Program-made: the position numbers and the translations under genes
Shown here: piece by piece, positions 37,842-47,734 of the stretch
Numbering within the stretch: position 1 is the first letter of the stretch
Layout: each line of letters starts with the position of its first letter
The notes under the pieces: model-generated
Database searches by the model: none
The model's input: the letters and a program-made list of their open reading frames with translations, nothing else
Told to the model about the DNA's origin: nothing
IMG/VR virus record: IMGVR_UViG_3300046318_000171
Coordinates: 1 to 64,000 of that record
From: a virus
DNA length: 64,000 nucleotides
Reading direction: 5' to 3' (one strand)

Positions 37842-39317
37842 CTAGTTCTCTATCTGATTACGGATAATCATGGTGGTTTTCTCTTCGCCTAACCCTGCCT
37901 GCTGGTCCTTAACGGCCTGCACACGGTCACCAAAAATCGCACTCAAAACACCCTGTCCAGCACTACGCTGCGCAGTAATCTGGATGAACTCTTTGTTCTC
38001 GTCCAGCTCTTTAATATTCTTCAACATCTTCTGATAACGGTCAATCTCTTGCGACACGTTTGGGTCTGCGTATCCACCGTTCAATTCTTCTGCAAACCGC
38101 ATAAACATTACTCTCTGGGCCTGCATCTCCAACATTGCGGTATTCAATGCACGCAACTGTTCAGGGGTCTTAACCTCTACTGGCAGACTAAACGCACAGG
38201 TGTTTTGCGGCTTAAATGCAGGGCAATTTGACGCTACAAAACAGGTGTCGCACTGGCGCAAACTGGTCACATTTGAACTAACAACAACGCTGTCTTTGAG
38301 GACATCAACACCGTTTTCGGTTTCCACAACCTGCTTGACTTGGTACCCCAAAACAGGCATTGAAACGACCTCTTCTGGGTCTCTTTGGACCACTTCTGAG
38401 CGTTCAACTTTCCGCATCTCCGACCCACTGTTATTAGACGACCCCCCACCCATTTCCATCAAACCCGTGTATAGGGTGTCGTCACTCTTATCAGATAGGA
38501 ACGGGTTATTATTGGTTGTCATGTTGCCTTCTAACTGTAAATATGACCAAACGGCTACTTTAGTCGCTTCGGTTGTGTCGTCGTCTACGAACTTTTTGAA
38601 ATCTAGCCCAGCTCGGTCCAACGTCGCCTTGTATCTCGGTCGGGCCTGGGCTTTCATTTTTTTTGGGTATCGAACCAGCTTCATTCCATCCCAAATGATT
38701 GTCTCACCATTTCTCATTGGTGACAACCACGACAGTGTGCTTGTGGTTGTAAACGGAATACTCCTCAGGTTATCCGGTTTGGCCACTGCAAGGCCGTGGA
38801 ACCGTGTTTGATACTTTTGGACTAAACTACGTGTAATCCCCGCTAATGCCGTCACAGCGTCTACAGCGGCTCCTGGGAGGGCAATGTTCTGGTACTCCTC
38901 TGCCCACTGACTTATCACCGGCAAACCGTACGCTTCGTGCCACACCACCCACAACTTAGGGTCGTTCTCAAATGCGGCTCGTTGCTGCTTAATCCACGGC
39001 AATCCCATTACCTGGCTGTCAAACTCAACCCAGCCCTCAATACGGTCGTAATTTAGGGCGATAAACTCTTCATACTCGGCCGCATAATCCTCTAACTCGG
39101 CCCTTGACAGGTTGGCTTTATCCGCCTGAGTTGCCCCCGAGTCTACCCACACTTTCATCTCTGGCAGGAAATGCTCACCAATTAGATACGCCTTGTTCTT
39201 AGGCAACCCACGCTTCTTCAACCCCCAGTAATTCAACATTACGTGTTGAACACCGCTCTTCTCCAATAGGGTGCGGTTTGACGGGATTTCTACGCCCCCA
39301 AAAATTACCCTACTCAA
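37842..39317 (-). CDS. TGT/DpdA-like TIM-barrel protein with C-terminal Cys4 and helical domain
   Basis: 'VWVDSGA', 'VEFD', 'VVWH', 'IALPG', 'FHGL', 'SW...R.G' occur in the order seen in phage tRNA-guanine transglycosylase-like proteins; 'CDTC..(5)C..(8)C'. Confidence 0.55.
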   Translation of the reverse strand: MSRVIFGGVEIPSNRTLLEKSGVQHVMLNYWGLKKRGLPKNKAYLIGEHFLPEMKVWVDSGATQADKANLSRAELEDYAAEYEEFIALNYDRIEGWVEFDSQVMGLPWIKQQRAAFENDPKLWVVWHEAYGLPVISQWAEEYQNIALPGAAVDAVTALAGITRSLVQKYQTRFHGLAVAKPDNLRSIPFTTTSTLSWLSPMRNGETIIWDGMKLVRYPKKMKAQARPRYKATLDRAGLDFKKFVDDDTTEATKVAVWSYLQLEGNMTTNNNPFLSDKSDDTLYTGLMEMGGGSSNNSGSEMRKVERSEVVQRDPEEVVSMPVLGYQVKQVVETENGVDVLKDSVVVSSNVTSLRQCDTCFVASNCPAFKPQNTCAFSLPVEVKTPEQLRALNTAMLEMQAQRVMFMRFAEELNGGYADPNVSQEIDRYQKMLKNIKELDENKEFIQITAQRSAGQGVLSAIFGDRVQAVKDQQAGLGEEKTTMIIRNQIEN

Positions 39318-39795
39318 AATTCAACGTTTCTGTTCTGCTCAGACGGGCGTCCTGCGTGCGCAAAATGTTCTGTTGCTTGATGGCCTCTTCGATGTCGTTC
39401 CATGCTCGAACCTTCTTTGGGGCATCCGGGCGGAACTCTACACGGGTGTACGATGGCACACCGAACATGGCGCTTGGGATACCCATGTCAAACGCATACG
39501 CCCATAATGATGGGTCGTTGGTGATAAACAAATCTACTGGCCCTCGGCTACGGGCGAACTTAATCTGGCGTTCTTTGAGGTTCTCGTCAACTAGGCTTAC
39601 TGAACCGTCAACGATACGGTCATAATCTACTACCTTGTTGTTGTCCAACCAGTGGACTATCTCAGCTTCTGTGCCTGGCCCCATGAACGTCAATGCGTTG
39701 TACACGCTGAGTGTACCAACCATCAGGATTCCTGTTCCGATTGGTTCGTCTTTTTGACCTTTGAGTACGCCGTCTATGTCTACGAGTATTTGCAT
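39310..39795 (-). CDS. HAD-superfamily protein
   Basis: N-terminal 'ILVDIDGVL' (DxD motif I). Confidence 0.6.
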   Translation of the reverse strand: MQILVDIDGVLKGQKDEPIGTGILMVGTLSVYNALTFMGPGTEAEIVHWLDNNKVVDYDRIVDGSVSLVDENLKERQIKFARSRGPVDLFITNDPSLWAYAFDMGIPSAMFGVPSYTRVEFRPDAPKKVRAWNDIEEAIKQQNILRTQDARLSRTETLNFE

Positions 39796-39804
39796 GGTTT
39801 TATC

Positions 39805-40683
39805 CTATTGGTTGCGGTGCAACGCCGCCCGTCTAATTAACGTACTTGTTGACGGCAATTCAACTCCGTACAACTCCTGGGCGTTGCTGGTGAGGTAACG
39901 TCGCAACGACCTCAAATCTTGAACTGTTCCTGCACGCTTGCCTGCCTGCCAACGGTAGTTGTGGAAATCTCCGTACCCTGAACCTGTTGGCGAAAACGCC
40001 ATTGAACGGTTCTCGTGAATCTGGGTGTACAATGCGTTGGCCTGCTGTGCAGCTGCGGTCAATCGAACTTCTGCGTTACGCTTCATCGGCTCATTGTGGG
40101 CCATCTGAATGTCGTTCACGGCCTGGGTTACCCTTGTACGGGCCTGTGTGGCCTGCTGACGGTCGTTCTCGACAATCTGGTCCCACTCAGCGTTCTTAGG
40201 TGCCTGGGCGTTAGGGTCCGGTGTGACGGTCCACTCGTCGTACTTCAAATCGTACGCTGCGTATGGGTTAATCGTGCGGATGTCTGTCGCAATCGGGTTG
40301 ACGTAAAATGTCAACTCGTAACCGTTCCAGTTCTCTGTCTGACCGTGCAATTCCTCGTGGAATTCTTCATTCATCTGCTCAGAGATTTCCTTGTCCAACA
40401 AACCTGCAAACTCTGGGTTTGCCTTGCGGAACTGAACGAAATCGACTCCGACCAAACAGTCTAGGTCACGTGGCTCACGTGCTGCTGACCACTGGTACGA
40501 TACACCGCTACCTGCTAACCAGGCGTGTGCCCAAATGTCCGAGTGGCGGTACTTCAGCGATAGAAAATCTTTTAAAACACTCAACACACCTGTTCGTGCC
40601 CATGAGCGCAGGTGACGACTCTCAAACAACTTAGGGTCTAGTTCTTGCGCAGGGGCACTGAAATAGGACGTTGGAATAGTCAT
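39805..40683 (-). CDS. Pol-beta superfamily nucleotidyltransferase
   Basis: 'WLAGS.VSYQW...DLDCLV' (hGS-x-DxD) and downstream 'ELTFYV'. Confidence 0.7.
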   Translation of the reverse strand: MTIPTSYFSAPAQELDPKLFESRHLRSWARTGVLSVLKDFLSLKYRHSDIWAHAWLAGSGVSYQWSAAREPRDLDCLVGVDFVQFRKANPEFAGLLDKEISEQMNEEFHEELHGQTENWNGYELTFYVNPIATDIRTINPYAAYDLKYDEWTVTPDPNAQAPKNAEWDQIVENDRQQATQARTRVTQAVNDIQMAHNEPMKRNAEVRLTAAAQQANALYTQIHENRSMAFSPTGSGYGDFHNYRWQAGKRAGTVQDLRSLRRYLTSNAQELYGVELPSTSTLIRRAALHRNQ

Positions 40684-40692
40684 AGGACTATT

Positions 40693-40977
40693 CTATTCGG
40701 CTACAGTGGTGCTTTCTGGGTTAATTCCACGCTCTTTTAGCTTGTCCTTGATGACATCTGCTGGCGTAGTTACCGGCGGCATCAGGGTAGCAATGACCTT
40801 ACTGGCCACACGGTCAGCCAACAACCCCATCTCAAACTCGTCAGCAATCTGCTTGGCGGCCTGGTACACGTCGTAGTTTGTTGCTACTCGTTCCGCTACC
40901 GGCATCTCTTCTGGCATCTCTGCGTACGAGGTTAGTGTGCCATCTTTGTTAACTGTGATTAGGAAAAAAGTCTCCAT
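40693..40977 (-). CDS. Hypothetical protein
   Basis: 94 aa ORF. Confidence 0.55.
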   Translation of the reverse strand: METFFLITVNKDGTLTSYAEMPEEMPVAERVATNYDVYQAAKQIADEFEMGLLADRVASKVIATLMPPVTTPADVIKDKLKERGINPESTTVAE

Positions 40978-41546
40978 TAGTACATACCCATAATCTTTCT
41001 CTTTCGCTGAACTACTTCGCCGTGGTATGGGCAGAAGTGGCAGGTGTAAATCTTTGGACCATCTAGGTGCTCAGGCTTTGGCAGGCCCAGCTCTCCACGC
41101 TCTTTGGCGGTGTCTGGCAACAGACGCTTTGATGGTTTCTGGTAATCGTCGCAGTCATTCTTTGGCTGGTTGTGTTTCATCCAGCACTCCATTGCGTCTT
41201 CCGCAAACTGCATCTTAGTTTCGTAGAATGACTTGTCTGGGTCGATGTCGTCTAGACCTCGTGACCCGCCCTTACCCAACTGGTCAAGGACTGCCCTGCG
41301 CTCTTCTGGGTTGCCCCATACTTTTACTGGGACTTTAAATAGTTTACCAACGTGTGGGTCGCCTGAAGGAAACTTGTGCTTCTCTAGGGCAATCTCTAAC
41401 AGGTAATCCTGGTCTGAACGGCCTTCGTGGTCAGGGAGTTCTTCCCATGTCTCACAAACCATGCAACGTAGCAAACGGATGATGGGCCCCTCAATTGGTT
41501 TAGAACCAATCAGGGGCTTTCCATCCGGCGAAATCAAACCACTCAT
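40977..41546 (-). CDS. Hypothetical Cys/His metal-binding protein
   Basis: 'CMVC', 'C..H....CDDY', 'CHFCPYH'. Confidence 0.6.
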   Translation of the reverse strand: MSGLISPDGKPLIGSKPIEGPIIRLLRCMVCETWEELPDHEGRSDQDYLLEIALEKHKFPSGDPHVGKLFKVPVKVWGNPEERRAVLDQLGKGGSRGLDDIDPDKSFYETKMQFAEDAMECWMKHNQPKNDCDDYQKPSKRLLPDTAKERGELGLPKPEHLDGPKIYTCHFCPYHGEVVQRKRKIMGMY

Positions 41547-41722
41547 TAAATGGCTCCGTGACGCTTAATCCACGCCTGACCTTCTGTGGTCTTCAGGTCC
41601 TGCTCACGCTTAGCTTCAAGAGCTCTCTGGGCCTTCTCGTGGGCCTCTGAACCGCTCATTGGTCGTGGTGCATCTCCACGGGTCCACATCATAATTCCTA
41701 GGTGGGGTGCTTCAGTGCTCAT
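41546..41722 (-). CDS. Hypothetical protein (not in ORF track)
   Basis: 58 aa with AAGGAG RBS; upstream TTGTGC-17-TACACT promoter-like sequence. Confidence 0.55.
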   Translation of the reverse strand: MSTEAPHLGIMMWTRGDAPRPMSGSEAHEKAQRALEAKREQDLKTTEGQAWIKRHGAI

Positions 41723-41790
41723 GTTGTTCTCCTTATCAGTGATACGAATTAGTGTAACCAGTTAACGGCTTCCGCACAAGGGGCGTAAAA

Positions 41791-42441
41791 CTACTTTAGT
41801 TTTGCTAGCGCACGACCGGCACGCTTTGCCTGACCTTTGGTCTTGTACGTGGTTTTTCCGCTTGATAGTTTAGCAATATTGTTAATCTTACCCTTACGAA
41901 CGCCAGCTTTTGAGGCAGCAGTTTTCATTTCGTCAAGGGCAGTCGCAGACTCTGTGTGAGCTTTAGTGGCCAAGTTGTCTCTCTTTAACGCCGAGGTCTG
42001 ACTGGCTGTAGACATGCGGCCTGCAGCGTGCTCCTGAGTGGCGTCTTTAAGAAGCATTCCTGTGGTAACCCGAGCTGAACTGCGGCGGCCTTCTTCTTGA
42101 GATGCCATTCGCACGTTACGCTCAGCACTAGCCTTGGCGGCTTTCTTAGGGGACACTGGCTTGGCTGGGCCACCAGAAAACACACCAGAAGACTTAACTA
42201 AACGGTCTGTGTTTCGCTGCTTCAGAGTGTTAGTGTTGCTGCGACGCTCAGCGATTTCACGGATGTCGCCTTTACCAGGGGCAGGAGGGTTCTTACTCAG
42301 GCTTTCCGCACGTACACGTGCATCAGTCTTTGGATTGTTGCCTGAGGTCGTGGTAGCAAAACCACGTGCCTTACCTAGGTCGTGAGCAGTCTTGACAGGA
42401 GTCGTTGCGCCTGTGCGGCGGTCGTAAAATTCAATTGCCAT
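41791..42441 (-). CDS. Hypothetical highly basic protein
   Basis: 216 aa, K/R/A/T-rich. Confidence 0.6.
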   Translation of the reverse strand: MAIEFYDRRTGATTPVKTAHDLGKARGFATTTSGNNPKTDARVRAESLSKNPPAPGKGDIREIAERRSNTNTLKQRNTDRLVKSSGVFSGGPAKPVSPKKAAKASAERNVRMASQEEGRRSSARVTTGMLLKDATQEHAAGRMSTASQTSALKRDNLATKAHTESATALDEMKTAASKAGVRKGKINNIAKLSSGKTTYKTKGQAKRAGRALAKLK

Positions 42442-42443
42442 GA

Positions 42444-42656
42444 TTACTTACCTGGGTTTACCTGTGAGTCTTCTGGGAACTCGCTGGTAACGAATCCGTA
42501 ACCCCAGAATGGGTTTAGTGACTGACGGTTGTCGGTGGTCTTGATGTCACCGTCAACGTCAACGACCTGTGTATCAGGGCGGACCTTGCGGTACTTACCG
42601 TCGGTTGAACCTTCGTGTAGGCTCTCGTTCATTGAACGACTAGTGTTGACTGCCAT
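42444..42656 (-). CDS. Hypothetical protein
   Basis: 70 aa ORF in the operon. Confidence 0.55.
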   Translation of the reverse strand: MAVNTSRSMNESLHEGSTDGKYRKVRPDTQVVDVDGDIKTTDNRQSLNPFWGYGFVTSEFPEDSQVNPGK

Positions 42657-42669
42657 TTTTTCTTCTTTC

Positions 42670-44568
42670 TTAACGTAGAACGGTGGCGTTTACTCGTGGA
42701 ATTCCCACGCCTGCCATAGTTTGAAGGGTTTCACGGTACTTACCTACCAAGTCAGAACCTGCGCCTAGGTGAGCGAGGTCCTGCACGTGAGAGCTCTCTG
42801 ACCCTGCTTTAGCGAGGTACTTTGCAGCGTCAGTAGTACGGTCCATGGCTGTACGCATGTGTCCAGCCAAAATCTGTGGGTCAGCAGAATCGTTGCTCTT
42901 AAGGTAACGGCTGTGCTCCTGGAACGCTCCTAGGGCGTTGTTTAGGTGCTGAGCTACGCTAGGGTCAACGTCTACACCCTGGCCAACCAAGTCTCTGTAC
43001 GACTTCTTTACAGCGGTAAAGTGGTCGTACATGTTCTGCATCTGGCTCTTAACACCAGGTGCGTACTTAGCGGTACGTTCATCAGTTGCTTGGGTATTCT
43101 TGGCTTGCTGGTTGGCGAAGATTTGTGCACGAGTCATCTCACGCAAACTTCCCCATGACGACTTACCTTCACGCTGCTGAGTTGCACGGATGTTTGGTGC
43201 GTAAGTAGCAAACGCCTCATCTTGACGTTGCTTCTTCAATTCCTCAAGGTCTCTTGCGGTGTTCTTCTTGTCATAACCTACAGGAGCCATAACAGGCACT
43301 GACGTGTCCTGCTCTCTTGGAGATTGCGCACCAGGAACGTTGATGTTGTTTTTCTTCAAGTATTCTGCTGGATTTTTTTCGACTTCTGCTCTTGCAAACG
43401 CATGAGATTGTGCGGCGCTTCTCTGAACCAAGTTCTGGTTTCCTGAAGCGTATTCTGTAAAACTACCCGCATTATCAAACTTGTTTACCGCTTCTTCGTA
43501 TCGTGCTTGGTGGTCTGGAGATGGGAAAGCCAACTCAAGAGTTCCGTACCTAGTTGACCCACCAAAATCACGAGGAGTTGGGCGCACTGGAACAGGGTTG
43601 TTAGCGTCGAAGTGCTGCAAAGCTGCCTGCTTGATTACTGGTGACATACCAGCAACAGGGGTGACTGTGGCTGAGCTACGGACCATACCGATTGTTCTAG
43701 GCGGAGTCTTTGCCTCGGTGTACGCCTGAGCCTCTAGTGAACGCTCGTAACGTTCACGGGCATGCGATGCGTGGTCTTCACCGTTAGGGAACAACTCACG
43801 AGTACCAAAAGGAGCACGGTTAGTCTCGTTGATTACGTCGCCAATTCCCTTACCCGAACCTTCTTTTCTGCGCATGTGCCCAACAATTTCGTTAGCAGCA
43901 TCACCATAAGTGCGGTTTTGATTGCGGTAATTGTTAGTAAAATCTCCACCACTTTGGCCAGCGATTAGGCGTAGGTGGTGAGCAGCCATGCCGATAGCTT
44001 TTGCTGCCATGTTGAGGTGGTCACCCGGAGTTCGCAAACGCTGGTTCTTAATCTCAGCGACATCGTTTCCAGACAATGCCTGTCCAGGAATTTCGGCGTC
44101 ACCCAAGTGCAGGGCACCGTACAAACCTAGCTTAGCTCCACCACCAGTTTTCCAGTTAGTTCCCTTGCCACCACGGGCAACGTTTTCTGCGTCCGCAATG
44201 TGAGCGTATGCGTTTCCAAGTAGTGGGTGAACGTGAGAGTCTAGAAGTGCTCGAGTATCCTCGTCTGCGTTGTCGTGGTGCTCATCAGCAGCGTTACTCA
44301 GCTTAGTGATGAGGTCTGACATGTGCCCAAACAAATCGTTAGGCGCAGTACCTGTGCTAGCTGCCTCAGTGTACTCTGCGACACGGTCAACTTTTTTTGC
44401 CTCTGCAGCACCCGCAGCAATCTTGTTAGTCTTAGTGCCTTTAGGTGCCATTCCCTTTACTGCAGCACGAGTTAGGCGAGCGGCCTCTGCACGCTTGGCA
44501 GCTTCTGCTGGCGACTGGCCTTTTAGGTAGCCGCCGATTCCGCCTTGATTACCATTGTTGGTTGCCAT
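42670..44568 (-). CDS. Large Ala/His-rich hypothetical protein (possible internal virion protein)
   Basis: 632 aa helical ORF, no recognisable motif. Confidence 0.6.
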   Translation of the reverse strand: MATNNGNQGGIGGYLKGQSPAEAAKRAEAARLTRAAVKGMAPKGTKTNKIAAGAAEAKKVDRVAEYTEAASTGTAPNDLFGHMSDLITKLSNAADEHHDNADEDTRALLDSHVHPLLGNAYAHIADAENVARGGKGTNWKTGGGAKLGLYGALHLGDAEIPGQALSGNDVAEIKNQRLRTPGDHLNMAAKAIGMAAHHLRLIAGQSGGDFTNNYRNQNRTYGDAANEIVGHMRRKEGSGKGIGDVINETNRAPFGTRELFPNGEDHASHARERYERSLEAQAYTEAKTPPRTIGMVRSSATVTPVAGMSPVIKQAALQHFDANNPVPVRPTPRDFGGSTRYGTLELAFPSPDHQARYEEAVNKFDNAGSFTEYASGNQNLVQRSAAQSHAFARAEVEKNPAEYLKKNNINVPGAQSPREQDTSVPVMAPVGYDKKNTARDLEELKKQRQDEAFATYAPNIRATQQREGKSSWGSLREMTRAQIFANQQAKNTQATDERTAKYAPGVKSQMQNMYDHFTAVKKSYRDLVGQGVDVDPSVAQHLNNALGAFQEHSRYLKSNDSADPQILAGHMRTAMDRTTDAAKYLAKAGSESSHVQDLAHLGAGSDLVGKYRETLQTMAGVGIPRVNATVLR

Positions 44569-44771
44569 TACGCCATCTTTCCTTTAATTCTTTTTGCTCG
44601 CTTAATCTCAGCACAAGGAGAGCAAATACCTAAACGACTGTACATGTACTCCGTAGGGTTCATCACAATACCGCATGATGGGCAAGCAGATGAGCCTTTA
44701 TACAGGGTAGCATTTTTTGCGATTTGAAATGCCTGAAGTTCTAAAGTTAGAGCGCCGTCTCCGTCGTTCAT
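44568..44771 (-). CDS. Small zinc-finger protein
   Basis: 'CPSC...CSPC'. Confidence 0.6.
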   Translation of the reverse strand: MNDGDGALTLELQAFQIAKNATLYKGSSACPSCGIVMNPTEYMYSRLGICSPCAEIKRAKRIKGKMA

Positions 44772-46570
44772 TACTCCCCAATCTTAGGCAGTGATGGGAC
44801 GACTGTGCGGTCACGCATAGTTTCCTTTGCCATTGCCATGGCTTGAGCAGTACCGCTTGCTCGGAGTACCTTGCGCAAATCTTTAGGAACCTGTCCTTGC
44901 CCCTCTACACCGGTGCCTGTTCCAGCAACAATGTGGTCGTGGGCTTCTTTGATTAGTGCGGTCATACCACCTGGGGTAATTCGCTCAATCATTCTAGGGC
45001 CAGATTTTTCTGGTTTTGCGGTAGATTTACGTGGCTTCTTAGCTTCAGCTGCTTCTTTAGCCAACTGGTCTTTGATAGACAACGACGGCCCCATTTCGCC
45101 AACCGGACGGTCAGGTCCTCCGGCACGAGTAGTTACTCCACCGGTGGTTTCTACTGGGACACCTACAGCGGCACGGCCAGCGTAAACTGCTCGCTGACCC
45201 TTACGAGTCTGGTTAAGGAATCCTTGAAGTTTAGGAATGTCTGGGTGGTTAGACGAAACGGCTTTCAACTGAGTTAGCAGCTTGTTGCTGATAGGCTCCT
45301 GACGAAGTTTACCTGCAGTTTCTGAGTTTACAACTTTACCGTTCTTAACAATAGGCTGTTCACGGTCTGTAGAAATAAACATGTGACCTGGCTTTGACAA
45401 AGCATCTTCTGGATTAAGAAGGTTGTTGTCCTTGTCGTACCTAGCCAATAGCGGGTCGATGTCCTGGAGTGCCTGAACGTTTGTCTTGTTCTTCGGAACC
45501 TGTAGACCCTTAGTTTTTTTCTCTCCAGTAGGAGTGGTGGTCTCCTTGTAACGGACTGCGTTTGCTACATCGCTCATTTCGCTGTCTGAGACTGGGCTCT
45601 GCAAACCGTGCTTGCTAAGCAACGAACGGTTAAGGATTCCGTTAGCGGTCTTTAGGTGCTTAACTGCTTTAACGATGAAGGCGTGGTTGTCCGCCTGGTT
45701 TTTAAACTTAAACTTACCATCGCTACCCTTCAATCCACTAAGAATAGACTGCGCCTCGACCAGGTTGTTATCTACTCCAAGCTTCTCACGAAGAACGTGT
45801 GCGCTTGCTTGCGTGCGAAGTTCTCCTGCGCTATCACGAGCAGTGTTTATCATGCTTCTGACTGAGCCAGCAGCCTTACCTTTTAGGGAATAGCCTTGGC
45901 TTATAGTGTCTGCAACGTTGGCACGACGGTCGTACTCTGACGCTTTTGAGTTTAGCTTTGAATCCAATCCGTCATAGTGCGCACGGATTCGGTCATGGAT
46001 GTCCATGGCGACTTTCCATGCCTTGTCTGCTGCGCCTGCACCACTAAAAGTTTGGCGCTTAAATGATGGGCCAGACTTAACTGGAGTAGGAACAAACCCT
46101 TTGTTGTGCTCACACTTATCGGTGCTGCAACGGCCACGCAAGATGTGGTCAGTGATATGCTTAACAGCGTCTTCGGTAACACGAGACTTATAGATGTTGT
46201 CTTCAGTGTCAATCTTGTCTTCAAGAGAGCTGCCTTCTGCCTGCTTTTCTGCAGGAGTTCGGTAGTCTGGGCGGGTCCTGACACCGTCTAGGTCTATCTC
46301 AGATAGGTCAGTGTTCTGGGCTGTAGGTGCGGCCATGTCAGCAGTAGACAAGGTGCGGCCCGAGTCATACTCGTCAAATCCTTTGCCGCCAACTTTAATC
46401 TTGTCAGCGTCGGCCTCGCTCATAGCGTGGGCAGAGTCGGCCCTCTTACGGCCCTCTTCGGCCTTAGCTGCAGCAGTCGTCTCTGCAGTGTCGAGAATTG
46501 CCTCGCCACCTAAGACCTTTTGTGCTTCGCTTGCGCTTTTAAAGAGTTCGCTGCGACTTACTGAACGCAT
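44771..46570 (-). CDS. Large basic hypothetical protein (possible internal virion protein)
   Basis: 599 aa ORF, no recognisable motif. Confidence 0.6.
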   Translation of the reverse strand: MRSVSRSELFKSASEAQKVLGGEAILDTAETTAAAKAEEGRKRADSAHAMSEADADKIKVGGKGFDEYDSGRTLSTADMAAPTAQNTDLSEIDLDGVRTRPDYRTPAEKQAEGSSLEDKIDTEDNIYKSRVTEDAVKHITDHILRGRCSTDKCEHNKGFVPTPVKSGPSFKRQTFSGAGAADKAWKVAMDIHDRIRAHYDGLDSKLNSKASEYDRRANVADTISQGYSLKGKAAGSVRSMINTARDSAGELRTQASAHVLREKLGVDNNLVEAQSILSGLKGSDGKFKFKNQADNHAFIVKAVKHLKTANGILNRSLLSKHGLQSPVSDSEMSDVANAVRYKETTTPTGEKKTKGLQVPKNKTNVQALQDIDPLLARYDKDNNLLNPEDALSKPGHMFISTDREQPIVKNGKVVNSETAGKLRQEPISNKLLTQLKAVSSNHPDIPKLQGFLNQTRKGQRAVYAGRAAVGVPVETTGGVTTRAGGPDRPVGEMGPSLSIKDQLAKEAAEAKKPRKSTAKPEKSGPRMIERITPGGMTALIKEAHDHIVAGTGTGVEGQGQVPKDLRKVLRASGTAQAMAMAKETMRDRTVVPSLPKIGE

Positions 46571-46932
46571 TAGATACCTTCCAAACCATTTCTTGTACTA
46601 CCAGAATACCCTCCAGGACCGCCAGAAAACCACGAAACTCGTGGCTCTACGTAAATACGGTCAATGGATACAACATCATCAATACCAATTTGAGGACGTT
46701 CACCCCACCCAAATCGTGGTGGGAAAAGTTGAATTTGAGGCAAGTTAGGGCGGACTTCTTCTTGAAGTACAGTTCCACGCATAGTGGCAACCATCAACGC
46801 TTGCTGAGTTAGGCGCTCTTCGTTAGATGACCAAGGGCCGTTATAGCTTGACTTAGGGCGTCCTTGCTGGTCCGTGAGGTTGTTACGCCACGGTTTTGTT
46901 CTATCGTAATTACCGTCGAATTCTCCAGCCAT
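46570..46932 (-). CDS. Hypothetical protein
   Basis: 120 aa ORF, coupled. Confidence 0.6.
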   Translation of the reverse strand: MAGEFDGNYDRTKPWRNNLTDQQGRPKSSYNGPWSSNEERLTQQALMVATMRGTVLQEEVRPNLPQIQLFPPRFGWGERPQIGIDDVVSIDRIYVEPRVSWFSGGPGGYSGSTRNGLEGI

Positions 46933-46933
46933 G

Positions 46934-47467
46934 CTATGACCACGCTGGCTTCAAGTATGCTAGTTGGTTAGCACGACGAACATCCATGGCCATGTCTTGG
47001 TCTGAACGCATGTTTGACTTGCCGTCATTAACTAGGTGAGGTGCAGGGATAAGGCGTAGGTCTTGGCCAGCCTTTGGAACCATCCAGACCAATGCGCCAT
47101 TGACGTCAACCTGCTTGGCTTTCATCTGACGCTTGATGCCCATCTCTGCGTTAAACTCTGGGCTCCAGTAGTACGCAGATGGCTCAATACGCTCACCCTT
47201 GTGCACACCACGCTGGTATGACTTCTGACCTACACGGCTCTTGATTGAGTCGAGTAGGCGGTCATCACGACGTGAGCGGATAGTGCCGAGGTAGCCGTCA
47301 GGGTATTCTGCAGAAGGGACACGGCCAGTACCAATACGGATAGCGTCAAGCTCACCACGAGCGACAGGGGTTCCCTGGCCGCCTTGGTTGTTATAGCCGT
47401 TTAGCCCACCAGCACCTAGCGACTGCCAGTTCTGCTGTGGGCTAAAGTTATTGACCGCACCTGCCAT
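46934..47467 (-). CDS. Hypothetical protein
   Basis: 177 aa ORF ('AEYPDGYLGTIRSRRDDRL'). Confidence 0.6.
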   Translation of the reverse strand: MAGAVNNFSPQQNWQSLGAGGLNGYNNQGGQGTPVARGELDAIRIGTGRVPSAEYPDGYLGTIRSRRDDRLLDSIKSRVGQKSYQRGVHKGERIEPSAYYWSPEFNAEMGIKRQMKAKQVDVNGALVWMVPKAGQDLRLIPAPHLVNDGKSNMRSDQDMAMDVRRANQLAYLKPAWS

Positions 47468-47724
47468 TAAGGAATACCTGCTGGGTTAGATAGGGCGTCT
47501 TGACCTCGTGCACCGAATACACCTGTAGAGGTGTCTGCGCTGTAAGACTGTGGCTTGTTCGGGGCTAGTTGGTGTGTTTCAAACACGAACTGGTTACTCG
47601 AACGCTTGTTCTTGCTGTAACTAGCCCCAGGGATTTGGAACTGAACAGAGTTGTTCGGGTTACCCACGTCCATCTGCGAAGCAACGTGCGGCGAAGGAAC
47701 TCCGTAAGGAGCAGTTCCCATCAT
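47467..47724 (-). CDS. Hypothetical protein
   Basis: ATG at 47724 after AAGGAG preferred over 47811. Confidence 0.55.
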   Translation of the reverse strand: MMGTAPYGVPSPHVASQMDVGNPNNSVQFQIPGASYSKNKRSSNQFVFETHQLAPNKPQSYSADTSTGVFGARGQDALSNPAGIP

Positions 47725-47734
47725 GTGGCTCTCC

